A stretch of 62,121 nucleotides of DNA, the filler included, from Coriobacteriales bacterium (GTDB lineage Bacteria; Actinomycetota; Coriobacteriia; Coriobacteriales; UBA8131): the NCBI GenBank assembly GCA_031263105.1. It is 3 parts of 3 records of this genome, joined end to end, with 100 filler letters (N's around TTAATTAATTAA, not from the genome) between each part and the next. Parts side by side here need not be neighbours in the genome. Positions count along the whole stretch, not along the records: positions 1 to 24,047 come from JAISGJ010000015.1; 2 more parts are not named here. One strand, written 5' to 3'. This document shows positions 1 to 8,942 of the stretch, piece after piece. The notes below the pieces were generated by a model. That model made no database searches. It saw only the letters and a list, made by a program, of their open reading frames with translations, and was not told the DNA's origin. Every line of letters begins with the position of its first letter. Within the stretch, counting starts at the first letter, position 1. The position numbers and the translations under genes were made by a program.

Positions 1-67
1 TACTCTGGGCGGGCACCGCGCATTCTACGCACACCCAGAAGTGGAGCGCTGGCTCCGTCCCCATGTA

Positions 68-292
68 CTACACTGAGACCAACGGCTTGCTGCTCGCCTC
101 GATGTCCGACTGTTCGCGGACAGGGGCATATGAGGCCGGGCGGCGGAACCTGATGCCGTACTTCTGTTCCAATTCAGCCGCCGCCGCATTGGCCCTGTCC
201 GCTCGCTCCTGCGGTGTCAGCCCCTTGGTCTCTTCATATATTTGGAGCCGTATCTCATGAATCTCTCTCATGGCCTCTGGTTCATTCTTCAT
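68..292 (-). CDS. Small hypothetical protein, probable partner (antitoxin-like) of the adjacent PIN protein
   Basis: 74-aa helical, charged ORF overlapping the 3' end of the PIN gene; lower GC than the flanking housekeeping genes. Confidence 0.6.
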   Translation of the reverse strand: MKNEPEAMREIHEIRLQIYEETKGLTPQERADRANAAAAELEQKYGIRFRRPASYAPVREQSDIEASSKPLVSV

Positions 293-764
293 GTTCGATC
301 ACTTCCGTAGGTGAGTAGATACCGACCTTCTTGAAACCCTGTTGATAATTTACGAGCTCGGTCATCTCTATCGTTTTTCGTTTGACAATATGCCGGAAGT
401 TGTAGCTGACAATAAAGTGCAGTCCATTGACAGCAGTCAAAGCGATGTGCAGTCCATCTGTGCGGTATCTTTCAGGAACGATACCCTGCTCAACATATAC
501 GTCAGCGAGCTCCTCAGATTTCTCGTCAACTGGCAGAACCGTGATTTCAAACTCGTCAATCAACTTTACCATTTGACCCTGCTTCGGCTCAGACGCTCTG
601 CTCAGTTCATCCAAGACGGCATCAGAGGTATATGGCACGTAGGCACCTTCGCGAATCTCCCCAAAGAGCTTCAGGGTGTCCCGCCTCTTCTCTTCGTCCT
701 GCTCCGAGAAGTAGAAGTTGAAAACCGAAGTCTCGATATAGATGCCCAGCGGATTCATGCGCAA
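282..764 (-). CDS. PIN-domain (VapC-like) nuclease
   Basis: N-terminal IYIETSVF (D/E-T-S-V), S-x-x-V-x-x-E-L, D-x-x-H-I-A and VSYNFRHI motifs typical of PIN proteins; AGGAAGG RBS; start TTG 764 or ATG 758. Confidence 0.85.
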   Translation of the reverse strand: MRMNPLGIYIETSVFNFYFSEQDEEKRRDTLKLFGEIREGAYVPYTSDAVLDELSRASEPKQGQMVKLIDEFEITVLPVDEKSEELADVYVEQGIVPERYRTDGLHIALTAVNGLHFIVSYNFRHIVKRKTIEMTELVNYQQGFKKVGIYSPTEVIEHEE

Positions 765-850
765 CTCTGCCTTCCTGTCGTATGCTGTTCATAATAGCAT
801 GTCCGCTTTTGTGTCGCCTTGGGCAGCAGTGCCCGAGAACCTGCGCGAGA

Positions 851-971
851 ACCTGCCGCGCCGTTCTCGCTGGAGACGCAGTGAGTTTTCCGAGCGCTCG
901 GTTTCCGTGGATCTGTCGGCCACTTCTCGCCGAAAACAGCCCAGTGGGCCGTTTTCCGGGCACTCGAACCC
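851..971 (-). repeat. Free-standing copy of the palindromic cargo modules of the MITE family
   Basis: Reverse complement of 903-971 aligns with 1223-1291; reverse complement of 852-901 aligns with 34448-34497. Confidence 0.75.
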
Positions 972-1172
972 TCATGGAGGGGAATTAGCGTCCTCAGTCG
1001 CAGCAACCCTCTCTAAGGTGGCGGGCGCAGGCCCGCCATCTTGGCGCAGTGAGCACAAAAGAGCGGAGCGTCGTGCAGTCGAGCAGCGAAGCTGCGACAC
1101 GCTTCTGACGGGAGCGCGGACGGCAGCGGACGCTTTTCTCCCCGCCCTTCTCTCCAATCCCACCGAATTGCA

Positions 1173-1400
1173 GTTGCTGTTCACGCCCCCACTGTCATTC
1201 CGAGCGAAGCCGAGGAATCTTTGGGTTCGAGTGCCCGGAGAACAGTCCGGCGGACTGTTCTCCGCGAGAACGGGCCGACAGGCCCACGGAACGCGACAGC
1301 GCCCAACCGGGCCAGTTGGACACTGTGTGTCCAAAGATTCTCACGCTGTGCGCCCTTGCGGGCGCTTCGCTCAGAATGACAGTGGGGTCTGTACAGTAAC
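1173..1400. mobile_element. MITE-like element, copy A (diverged TIRs, alternative cargo)
   Basis: Left GTTGCTGTTCACGCCCCCACTGTCATTC, right GAATGACAGTGGGGTCTGTACAGTAAC; CCGAATTGC occurs on both flanks (1163-1171, 1403-1411). Confidence 0.75.
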
Positions 1401-1497
1401 ATCCGAATTGCGCGTTCGCGGCTTTTCTGCGGGAGGCCGGTGGCGCGTGGTGCCGCGTGGTACACTGTGGGCGGACGATTTTCGGCAAAGGAGTTGC

Positions 1498-2697
1498 ATG
1501 GACCCTCAACGGAGCCTTGATGGCGGCGTTGTCCAACAGAACAGGGAGTATGCCGCACCTGAGCGCCGTTGGGCATGGGTCGAGATAGACCGCGAGGCGA
1601 TACGGCACAACCTCAAGCGATTCCGCAGGCACCTCGGGCCGGACGTGAGGATGCTCGCGGTCGTCAAGGCGGACGGCTACGGGCACGGCGCGGTGGAGTG
1701 CGCACGCGTCTCGCTTGCGACCGGGGCCTCCGTGCTCGGCGTCGCGAGCGTCGACGAGGGCATCGAGCTTCGGCACGCCGGGATCGCCGCACCTGTCCTC
1801 ATCCTTGCGGAGCCGCCCATAGAGGCCATACCGCTCGTGCTCCAGCACCAGCTCGTCCCCTCCGTCTACAACATGGAGTTCGCGCTCGCGCTCGGCGAGA
1901 CGGCGGACGCGCAGGGCCGCCCCTCCCCCTACCACCTCAAGGTCGACACGGGCATGAACCGCGTCGGCGTCCATTACAGCGACGCAGGGGACTTCCTGCG
2001 CACCATCGACTTCCATCGCGGCCTTGAGCTGCAGGGCGTGTTCACGCACTTCGCGACTGCGGACGACATCGACACCTACGAGTTCAAGCGCCAGATAGAG
2101 CGCTTCGAGCAGGCGCTCTCGGTCATACGCTACATGGGCATCGACCCCGGGACCGTCCACGCCGCCAACACCTCGGCGGCCATCCGCTACCGGCAGTCGC
2201 ACTACGACATGGTGCGCCTCGGCATCGGGATCTACGGCCTGTACCCGAGCGAGGTGACCAAGCAGTCGATCGAGCTGCACCCGGCGATGAGCGTGCGCGC
2301 ACGGGTGAGCTTCCTCAAGGCGGTGCCGGTGGGGGAAGGCGTGAGCTACTCCCACAGCTACCGCTCGCCGGGCAACGTGCTCGTCGCGACTTTGCCCATC
2401 GGCTACGGGGACGGCCTCTCGCGGGTGCTCTCGAACCGCATGGACGTGCTCGCCAAGGGCAGGCGGCTGCCGCAGGTGGGCAACATCTGCATGGACATGA
2501 CGATGGTCGAGGTTGACCAGCGCTCCTCGGCGCTCCATCCGCGCACGGACATCGCCCTCGGCGACGAGGTCACCATCATCGGCAGGAGCGGCAACGACCT
2601 CATCACGCTTGACGACATGGGGAAGATGACCGGCACGATCAACTACGAGCTCGCCTGCCGCTTCGGCCTGCGGCTCGACCGCGTCTTCGTCGACTGA
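1498..2697 (+). CDS. alr: Alanine racemase
   Basis: AVVKADGYGHG PLP-lysine motif, HLKVDTGMNRVG, GYGDG, GNICMDM; AAGGAG RBS before ATG 1498 (upstream ORF extension runs through repeats). Confidence 0.96.
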   Translation: MDPQRSLDGGVVQQNREYAAPERRWAWVEIDREAIRHNLKRFRRHLGPDVRMLAVVKADGYGHGAVECARVSLATGASVLGVASVDEGIELRHAGIAAPVLILAEPPIEAIPLVLQHQLVPSVYNMEFALALGETADAQGRPSPYHLKVDTGMNRVGVHYSDAGDFLRTIDFHRGLELQGVFTHFATADDIDTYEFKRQIERFEQALSVIRYMGIDPGTVHAANTSAAIRYRQSHYDMVRLGIGIYGLYPSEVTKQSIELHPAMSVRARVSFLKAVPVGEGVSYSHSYRSPGNVLVATLPIGYGDGLSRVLSNRMDVLAKGRRLPQVGNICMDMTMVEVDQRSSALHPRTDIALGDEVTIIGRSGNDLITLDDMGKMTGTINYELACRFGLRLDRVFVD

Positions 2698-2852
2698 GGG
2701 CTGCGGGGCAAGGCGACGGGGGCGAGGACGGCGGGGCGCATGGCAGGCGGTAGCCGCACTGCGGGCGGCGGGGCGGCGGGGCGCGTCGATGCGGGCGGGC
2801 GGCGGGGCAGGGCGAGACGGACGGCAGACAGACGACAGGAAGCGTGACGGGC

Positions 2853-3443
2853 ATGGCACAGCCGTTGGACGACATACGGGCGGAGACGACGGACTGCCGG
2901 CTCTGCGCCTTAAGCGAGACCCGGACGAACGTCGTGTTCGGCGTGGGCAACCCCCATGCCGAGGTGATGTTCATAGGGGAGGCCCCCGGGAAGAACGAGG
3001 ACCTGGGGGCGGAGCCCTTCATCGGCGCGGCGGGGCAGTACCTCAACAGCCTGCTGGCGCTCGCGGGCCTCAAGCGCGAGGAGATCTACATCGCGAACGT
3101 CCTGAAGTGCCGCCCCCCTGAGAACCGCGACCCCCGCCCGGAGGAGATAGAGGCCTGCACCCCCTACCTGCGTGCGCAGGTGCGCTCCATCGCACCGGAG
3201 ATACTCGTCACGCTGGGGAACTTCGCCACGCGCTTCATCCTCAAGACCGACCGGGGCATCACGGGGCTGCGGGGGCAGGTGCACATCACCGGGCGCTTCT
3301 CCGTCCTGCCGATCTTCCATCCGGCCGCCGCCATCTACGACCGCAGCAAGGAGCCTGTCATGGAGAACGACTTCCGGCTGCTGGGGCGCCTGATCGCCCA
3401 ACGCAGACGCGAGCGCGCCGAACGCGGGGCACAGGGTGCCTGA
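2853..3443 (+). CDS. Uracil-DNA glycosylase, family 4 (Fe-S)
   Basis: CxxC, GEAPG, NVLKCRPPENRDP, HPAA motifs. Confidence 0.93.
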   Translation: MAQPLDDIRAETTDCRLCALSETRTNVVFGVGNPHAEVMFIGEAPGKNEDLGAEPFIGAAGQYLNSLLALAGLKREEIYIANVLKCRPPENRDPRPEEIEACTPYLRAQVRSIAPEILVTLGNFATRFILKTDRGITGLRGQVHITGRFSVLPIFHPAAAIYDRSKEPVMENDFRLLGRLIAQRRRERAERGAQGA

Positions 3444-3918
3444 GCCCTTCGAGACCACGTCGCCCGAGCAGACCGTCGGCCTCGGCGCGACGCTCGGCGC
3501 CTTGCTGCAGGCGGGGGACGTCGTGCTGCTGACCGGCGACCTCGGCGCAGGCAAGACGCAGTTCACAAAAGGCGTGGCCCGCGCCCTGGGCGTGCGGACG
3601 CCCGTCACGAGCCCCACCTTCAACCTCATGTACGAGTACGCGACCGACAGGGGCACGCTGCTTCGGCACTTCGACCTGTACCGCCTCGACGACGAGGCGC
3701 AGCTCGACGACATCGACTACTTCGGCCTGCTGGAGGACGGCTCGATAAGCCTTGTGGAGTGGGGCGACCGCTTCCCCGACGCCCTGCCGCCCGACTGCCT
3801 GACCGTCGCCTTCGAGCTTGTCGGCACGCAGCTGCGCAGGCTGCGCCTCGACGCGCAGGGCGCACGGGGGGCGCAGCTGCTGGCGGCCTTTGGGGAGGCG
3901 GCGGCCGATGGCGACTGA
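3436..3918 (+). CDS. tsaE: tRNA threonylcarbamoyladenosine biosynthesis ATPase TsaE
   Basis: GDLGAGKT Walker A, VTSPTF, HFDLYRL, VEWG. Confidence 0.95.
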   Translation: MPEPFETTSPEQTVGLGATLGALLQAGDVVLLTGDLGAGKTQFTKGVARALGVRTPVTSPTFNLMYEYATDRGTLLRHFDLYRLDDEAQLDDIDYFGLLEDGSISLVEWGDRFPDALPPDCLTVAFELVGTQLRRLRLDAQGARGAQLLAAFGEAAADGD

Positions 3919-6373
3919 GGGCGCAGATGCGGGCGGGGGTGCGGGTCGCGGCCCCGGCGACGGCCTCGTCCTCGCCTTCGATACCGCCAGCGAGACCATC
4001 GCCCTTGCGGTGGGGCGCTGGTCTCCCGGCGGCGGCGGCGCGCCCTCGGAAGATGCTGGTGCGCCCGCCACAGCACCCGCCATGCCCGCCACGGGCGCCC
4101 TCCGCCTCCTCGCGTCGGACGACCGCGCCGCGCCCCGGCAGGCGAACGTGCGGCTCATGCCCTCGATAGCGGCGCTGTTCGAGCAGAACGGCCTGTCCCG
4201 CGACGACGTCTCCTGCGTGGTCTGCGGCCTGGGCCCCGGCTCGTTCACCGGCGTTCGCATCTGCGTGGCGACCGCCAAGGGCATCGCACGCGGCCTCGGC
4301 GCGCCCCTCTTCGGGGCCTCGACCCTCGAGGCGGTCGCCTGGGGCGCCTGGCTTGCGGGCGTGCGCGGGAACGTGGGCGTCGTCGCCGACGCGATGCGCG
4401 GCGAGGTCTACCCCCTGCGCTTCCTGCTCGACGATGCGGAGGTGCGGCCCCTCGACCCCCACACGGTGGCGAAGGCCGACGAGGCAGCCGCACGCTGGCG
4501 GGAGGCCGGAGACGACCTGCTGCTGCTCGGCGACGGGCTCAGGAAGCATGCCGAGGCCTTCGCGCCTCCCGGCGGCGGGCGCCTCGCCATCGGCGATGCC
4601 GCGCTCTGGACGCCGACGGGGGCCGGCCTGCTTCGCGCCTTCGAGGCGGCCTGCGCCGAAGGGAGGGAGGGCAGCGGCGAGGCAGGCGTGCTCCTCCCCC
4701 TCTACACAAGGCTCTCCGACGCGGAGGAGAACGAGCGCAGACGGCTCGCCGCAGGGGGGCAGATAGCCCAAGGCGCCCTCGCCGAGGTCCCACGCAGCGG
4801 CATCGCCGACCCTGCCCGCAGCGAGGAGGTCGCCTACCGTCCGATGGCGGCAGGCGACCTGGAACAGGTGTGCGCGCTGGAGGCCGCGTGCTTCCCGGCG
4901 GGGGCGAGCACGTCCGGGGAGCGCTGGAGCCTCGGCATGTTCGCCGACGACCTTGTGCGCGACGACCGGATATGGTGGACGGCGTTTCGAGGGGACGTGC
5001 TCGTCGGCTTTGCGGGCGGCCAGATGACGGAAGACGGCTTGCAGGTGCTCGATGTGGCAGTCGATGAGGCGGAGCGGCGGAGCGGCATCGCCAAGGGGCT
5101 GCTCGCCCGCCTGCTGGACGATGCCGCAGGCCTGGGGGCACAGGCCGCCGCCTTGGAGCTGCGAAGCTCCAATACGGGGGCACATGCGCTCTACGCCTCG
5201 CTGGGCTTCGGACGGGCCGGCGTCCGCCCTGCGTATTACGCGCCGCTCGGAGGCGAGGGGCCGCGCGAGGACGCCGTCCTCATGACGATGCCCCTTGCAG
5301 AAGGCGCGTGGCGCTCCCGTCCGACCGCTGCGGCGGGAGGGGCACGGGGCGGGGCGGCCCCCGTCGTCCTCGCCATCGAGACCTCGTGCGACGAGACGGC
5401 GGCGGCGGTCATCGAGGGCACGGGACGCATCCTCTCGGACGTCGTCGCGAGCCAGGTCGATTTCCACGCGCGCTTCGGCGGCGTCGTCCCCGAGATCGCC
5501 TCGCGCAAGCACACGGAGGCCATCGTCGGCGTCGTCGATGCCGCCCTTGAGGAGGCGGGGGTCGCAGGCTGGGAGGGGCTCGACGCGCTCGCCGTCACCT
5601 ACGCACCGGGCCTCATCGGCGCCCTTGTGGTGGGCGTCGCCTTTGCAAAAGGGCTCTCCTGGGCGACCGGCCTGCCGCTCGTGCGCGTCAACCACCTGGA
5701 GGGGCACATCTACGCGAACCGCATGGGCGACGACCCTCCCTCCCCTCCCTTCGTCATCGCGCTGCTCAGCGGGGGGCACACCATGCTCGTGCACGTGCGC
5801 GGCTGGGGCGACTACCGCCTGCTCGGCCAGACGCTCGACGACGCGGTGGGCGAGGCCTTCGACAAGGTCGCCAAGGCGCTCGGCCTCGGCTACCCCGGCG
5901 GCCCCGCCATCGCACGGCTTGCCGCGCACGGGGACCCTCACGCCTTCGACTTCCCCCGGGCGCTGCTCCACAGCCACGACTACCGCTTCTCGCTCTCGGG
6001 GCTCAAGACGGCGGTCATAAGCTTCATCCGGGCAGAGCAGGGCGCGGGCAGGGCGCTCAGGCTCCCCGACATAGCGGCGTCGTTCCAGCAGGCGGTCTTC
6101 GACGTCCAGGTCGCAAAGGCGCTCGCCGCCCTCGAAGAGACGGGCTGCGCCACCTTCTGCATCGGGGGCGGCGTGGCGGCGAACCGGGCGCTGAGGGACG
6201 CCTACCGGGCCGCGATGGAGCCACGGGGCATCCGCGTGACGTCCCCGCCCGTCCATGCCTGCACCGACAACGCCGCGATGATCGCGTGCGTCGCCCTCGA
6301 CCGCTTCCGCGCAGGCAGCCTCATGGGCCTGGACGACGACGCCCAGGCGCATTCCCCCATCGCGGCGGCCTAA
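3908..6373 (+). CDS. tsaD: TsaB-RimI-TsaD triple fusion
   Basis: LAFDTAS and GPGSFTGVRI (TsaB); GNAT segment with LELRSSN..A..LY...GF...RPAYY (RimI); LAIETSCDETAAA, HLEGH, SGGHT, DNAAMIA (TsaD); ATG 3908 overlaps tsaE. Confidence 0.93.
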   Translation: MATEGADAGGGAGRGPGDGLVLAFDTASETIALAVGRWSPGGGGAPSEDAGAPATAPAMPATGALRLLASDDRAAPRQANVRLMPSIAALFEQNGLSRDDVSCVVCGLGPGSFTGVRICVATAKGIARGLGAPLFGASTLEAVAWGAWLAGVRGNVGVVADAMRGEVYPLRFLLDDAEVRPLDPHTVAKADEAAARWREAGDDLLLLGDGLRKHAEAFAPPGGGRLAIGDAALWTPTGAGLLRAFEAACAEGREGSGEAGVLLPLYTRLSDAEENERRRLAAGGQIAQGALAEVPRSGIADPARSEEVAYRPMAAGDLEQVCALEAACFPAGASTSGERWSLGMFADDLVRDDRIWWTAFRGDVLVGFAGGQMTEDGLQVLDVAVDEAERRSGIAKGLLARLLDDAAGLGAQAAALELRSSNTGAHALYASLGFGRAGVRPAYYAPLGGEGPREDAVLMTMPLAEGAWRSRPTAAAGGARGGAAPVVLAIETSCDETAAAVIEGTGRILSDVVASQVDFHARFGGVVPEIASRKHTEAIVGVVDAALEEAGVAGWEGLDALAVTYAPGLIGALVVGVAFAKGLSWATGLPLVRVNHLEGHIYANRMGDDPPSPPFVIALLSGGHTMLVHVRGWGDYRLLGQTLDDAVGEAFDKVAKALGLGYPGGPAIARLAAHGDPHAFDFPRALLHSHDYRFSLSGLKTAVISFIRAEQGAGRALRLPDIAASFQQAVFDVQVAKALAALEETGCATFCIGGGVAANRALRDAYRAAMEPRGIRVTSPPVHACTDNAAMIACVALDRFRAGSLMGLDDDAQAHSPIAAA

Positions 6374-6572
6374 CAGCACCCCCCCCCCCCCCCCCCCCCA
6401 AAGAAGCCGGAACCTGCGTGTCGGTCTATGGGGGCTCACGATGCGACATGCATAACTTATAACGATTGTCAATAGCCATCTACCCGGGCAAACGGCATCT
6501 GGCAATATATTACAGAGCGCGTATCATTAAGCCAATCACTTGGATTCGCCACGATTGCGCCAAGGAGCTCAT

Positions 6573-7166
6573 GTGAAGGGGAAGTCGAAAAAGACCATCG
6601 GGCACGCCATCTTGACAGCTGGCCTCGTCTTCATGCTCGGGTTCCCGTTACTCGTCTATATGGGCAACGACCCGGTGCAGGCGGATGCGGAGCCTTGGGC
6701 GGGCGGCACTGCCGACATCACAGTGGCAGAGGCGGACGTGCAGGCGGCTTCCGACGACCCGGACGCCACAGGCGCCGCCCCGGATGCAGGGCAGTCCGAT
6801 ACCGGTTTGGAGACCATCCCCGACAACGACACCCCCCTCAGCGTGCGGCCCTACGAGCTGGGCTGGGCCTTGGTCAACTTCCTCACCGCGTCGCTTGCGC
6901 TCGTCATCGGCGTGGCGATGGTGGTGTCCACCATGTTGCGGCGGCAGGCAGAAGGCGGCCGCCTGTCGGACAAGTTCGGCCTGACGGTGTTCGGCATGTC
7001 CGCCGCGATCCTCTCGATAATCCTCTTCACGAGCACGGAGGACTTCAGCACACCGATGATTTTGGTCGACAGCTTCACGGTCGCCCATGTCGTCCTTTTG
7101 GTGGTCGCCCTGACCTGCGGGGTGTTCTACCTGAGACGCGACCCCGACAAGTCGTCCTCCCGTTAG
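6573..7166 (+). CDS. Hypothetical membrane protein
   Basis: N-terminal hydrophobic anchor, acidic linker ending IPDNDTPLS, about three C-terminal TM helices; AAGGAG RBS before GTG 6573. Confidence 0.7.
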   Translation: MKGKSKKTIGHAILTAGLVFMLGFPLLVYMGNDPVQADAEPWAGGTADITVAEADVQAASDDPDATGAAPDAGQSDTGLETIPDNDTPLSVRPYELGWALVNFLTASLALVIGVAMVVSTMLRRQAEGGRLSDKFGLTVFGMSAAILSIILFTSTEDFSTPMILVDSFTVAHVVLLVVALTCGVFYLRRDPDKSSSR

Positions 7167-7232
7167 GGACGCGCTCCCGGCCCCGTCACCCCGTCACCCG
7201 GCCTTCCCGCCAAGGACGCGCTCCCGGCCTCG

Positions 7233-8846
7233 TCACCCGGCCTCGTCGCCCTCCCAGGTTATCAGCGTGACGGTGTCGCCGGGACGGATCCTGGTGCCTC
7301 CCTTGGGGGTCACGGAATCCCCGTCCTCCCTCGCCACGTTCGCGACAAGCGTGTTGCCCGGCAGGCTCAGGTCCCGGACGAACATGTTCGCCCAGGCGTC
7401 CCCCTTCCCTATCGTCGTCTGCTCTATGCGCACGTCGTCGTCGTCGGTGTAGGACTCGCCGGTCATGACCAGGATGTCCTCCGGCATGACGACCGTGTCG
7501 CCGTTGGGCGCGATGGTCTTCTCTCCACGTTTGATGAGGACGATGAGGTTCTCCGGCCCGATCTCCAGGTCGCGCAGCGCCTTGCCCACCCAGATGTGCT
7601 CGGGATGCATCCGCATCCTGAGGAAGGCGCGCTCGGACTGCTCCTGGAAGTCCGTGAACGAGCGCATCACGTCCGAGTCGGTGTCTATCATGTCGAGGCG
7701 CCGCGCGACCTTCTCCAGAAGCGTGCCCTGCAAGGAGATGGAGAAGAACGCGGTGAGGACGACGACGGAGAACAGGTCGCCCTCGAGCACCACCCCGCTC
7801 GTCGTGGCAAGCACCGCGAACACGAGGGACGCCGCGCCCCGCAGGCCGACCCAGGAGATGAGCAGGCATTGGCCCGTCGGCGAGCCACGGAGGCGGAAGA
7901 TGAGGAACACCGCAAGCGGGCGCGCGATGAGCAGCAGGAACAGGGTGAGCCCGACAGCGGGCAGGATGGCCGGGAGGAGGGCGGCAGGCTCGACGAGCAG
8001 CCCCAGCACGAAGAAGATCATGATCTGGCCGAACCAGTCGACGGTGTCGAAGAAGTGCGCCATCCTCACCTTGTTGGGAATCCTCGAGTTGCCGAGGATG
8101 ATGCCGCAGAGGAAGGCGGCGAGGTAGCCGTTGCCGCCGAGCATCTGCGTCAGCGCAAAGGTGAGCACCGCGACGGCGAAGACGAACACCAGGTCCATGC
8201 CGTCGGCGAAATGCCGGGAGAAGCGCACGATGAGCGGCACGGAGAGCTTGGCTATCAGCACGCCGACCAGCACGCCGAAGAGGACCTGCTTGAGGACGAG
8301 CAGGGGGATCTCGGCCAGCGGCTGCCCCTGCAGGATGACCAGCGCGATCATGGTGAGAAGGTAGGCGGTGGGGTCGTTGCTCCCGTTCTCGATCTCCAGC
8401 ACGCTCACGGTGTTGTGCTTGAGGTTCATCTTCTTCGTGCGCAGGATGGAGAACACCGAGGCGGCATCGGTGCAGCTGATGACGGCACCGAGCAGGAAGC
8501 TCTCGGCCCAGCCGAGCCCGAAGAGGAGATGGGCGAACAGCGTGACCGCCGCCGCCGTGACGCACACCCCGAGCGATGCGAGCAGCCCCGCCTTCACGGC
8601 GACGGGACGAGCCGTCTTCCAGTTGGTGCCGAAGCCCCCGTAGAACATGACGAAGATGAGGGCCACCTCGCCGATGTTCTCGGCGATATGGGGGTCGATG
8701 AGCTTCTGGTCGATGGGGAGCGCGCCCGCGACGACGCCCAGCACAAGGAAGATTATCAGGGCCGGCATCCCGAAGCGGTGGATGAACTGTCCGGACGATA
8801 TGCAGATGAGCACGATGAGCGAGCCGATGACGAGTGCGGGGATCAA
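7233..8846 (-). CDS. K+/H+ antiporter (CvrA/NhaP2 family) with two C-terminal TrkA-C domains
   Basis: TDAASVFSIL, EIENGSNDP, WVGLRGAAS motifs; many TM helices; GGAGG RBS. Confidence 0.9.
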   Translation of the reverse strand: MIPALVIGSLIVLICISSGQFIHRFGMPALIIFLVLGVVAGALPIDQKLIDPHIAENIGEVALIFVMFYGGFGTNWKTARPVAVKAGLLASLGVCVTAAAVTLFAHLLFGLGWAESFLLGAVISCTDAASVFSILRTKKMNLKHNTVSVLEIENGSNDPTAYLLTMIALVILQGQPLAEIPLLVLKQVLFGVLVGVLIAKLSVPLIVRFSRHFADGMDLVFVFAVAVLTFALTQMLGGNGYLAAFLCGIILGNSRIPNKVRMAHFFDTVDWFGQIMIFFVLGLLVEPAALLPAILPAVGLTLFLLLIARPLAVFLIFRLRGSPTGQCLLISWVGLRGAASLVFAVLATTSGVVLEGDLFSVVVLTAFFSISLQGTLLEKVARRLDMIDTDSDVMRSFTDFQEQSERAFLRMRMHPEHIWVGKALRDLEIGPENLIVLIKRGEKTIAPNGDTVVMPEDILVMTGESYTDDDDVRIEQTTIGKGDAWANMFVRDLSLPGNTLVANVAREDGDSVTPKGGTRIRPGDTVTLITWEGDEAG

Positions 8847-8942
8847 GCAGGCACCTCCAAGGGGCGGTCCGTCGGTGTATAATCAGTGGTTCCCGGTGTG
8901 CCCTATTCTACCCGATAACAGATTGCCCGACATCAGACGCAG

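Noticed and set aside
742..1497. 250-codon N-terminal extension of alr
   Set aside because: Chance open frame through GC-rich repeats; a good RBS and family similarity begin at about 1498
3626..6505. Very long antisense ORFs (959 aa here; similar ones opposite ileS, fhs, metF and the adaptor gene)
   Set aside because: Shadow frames of high-GC coding sequence with no recognisable motifs
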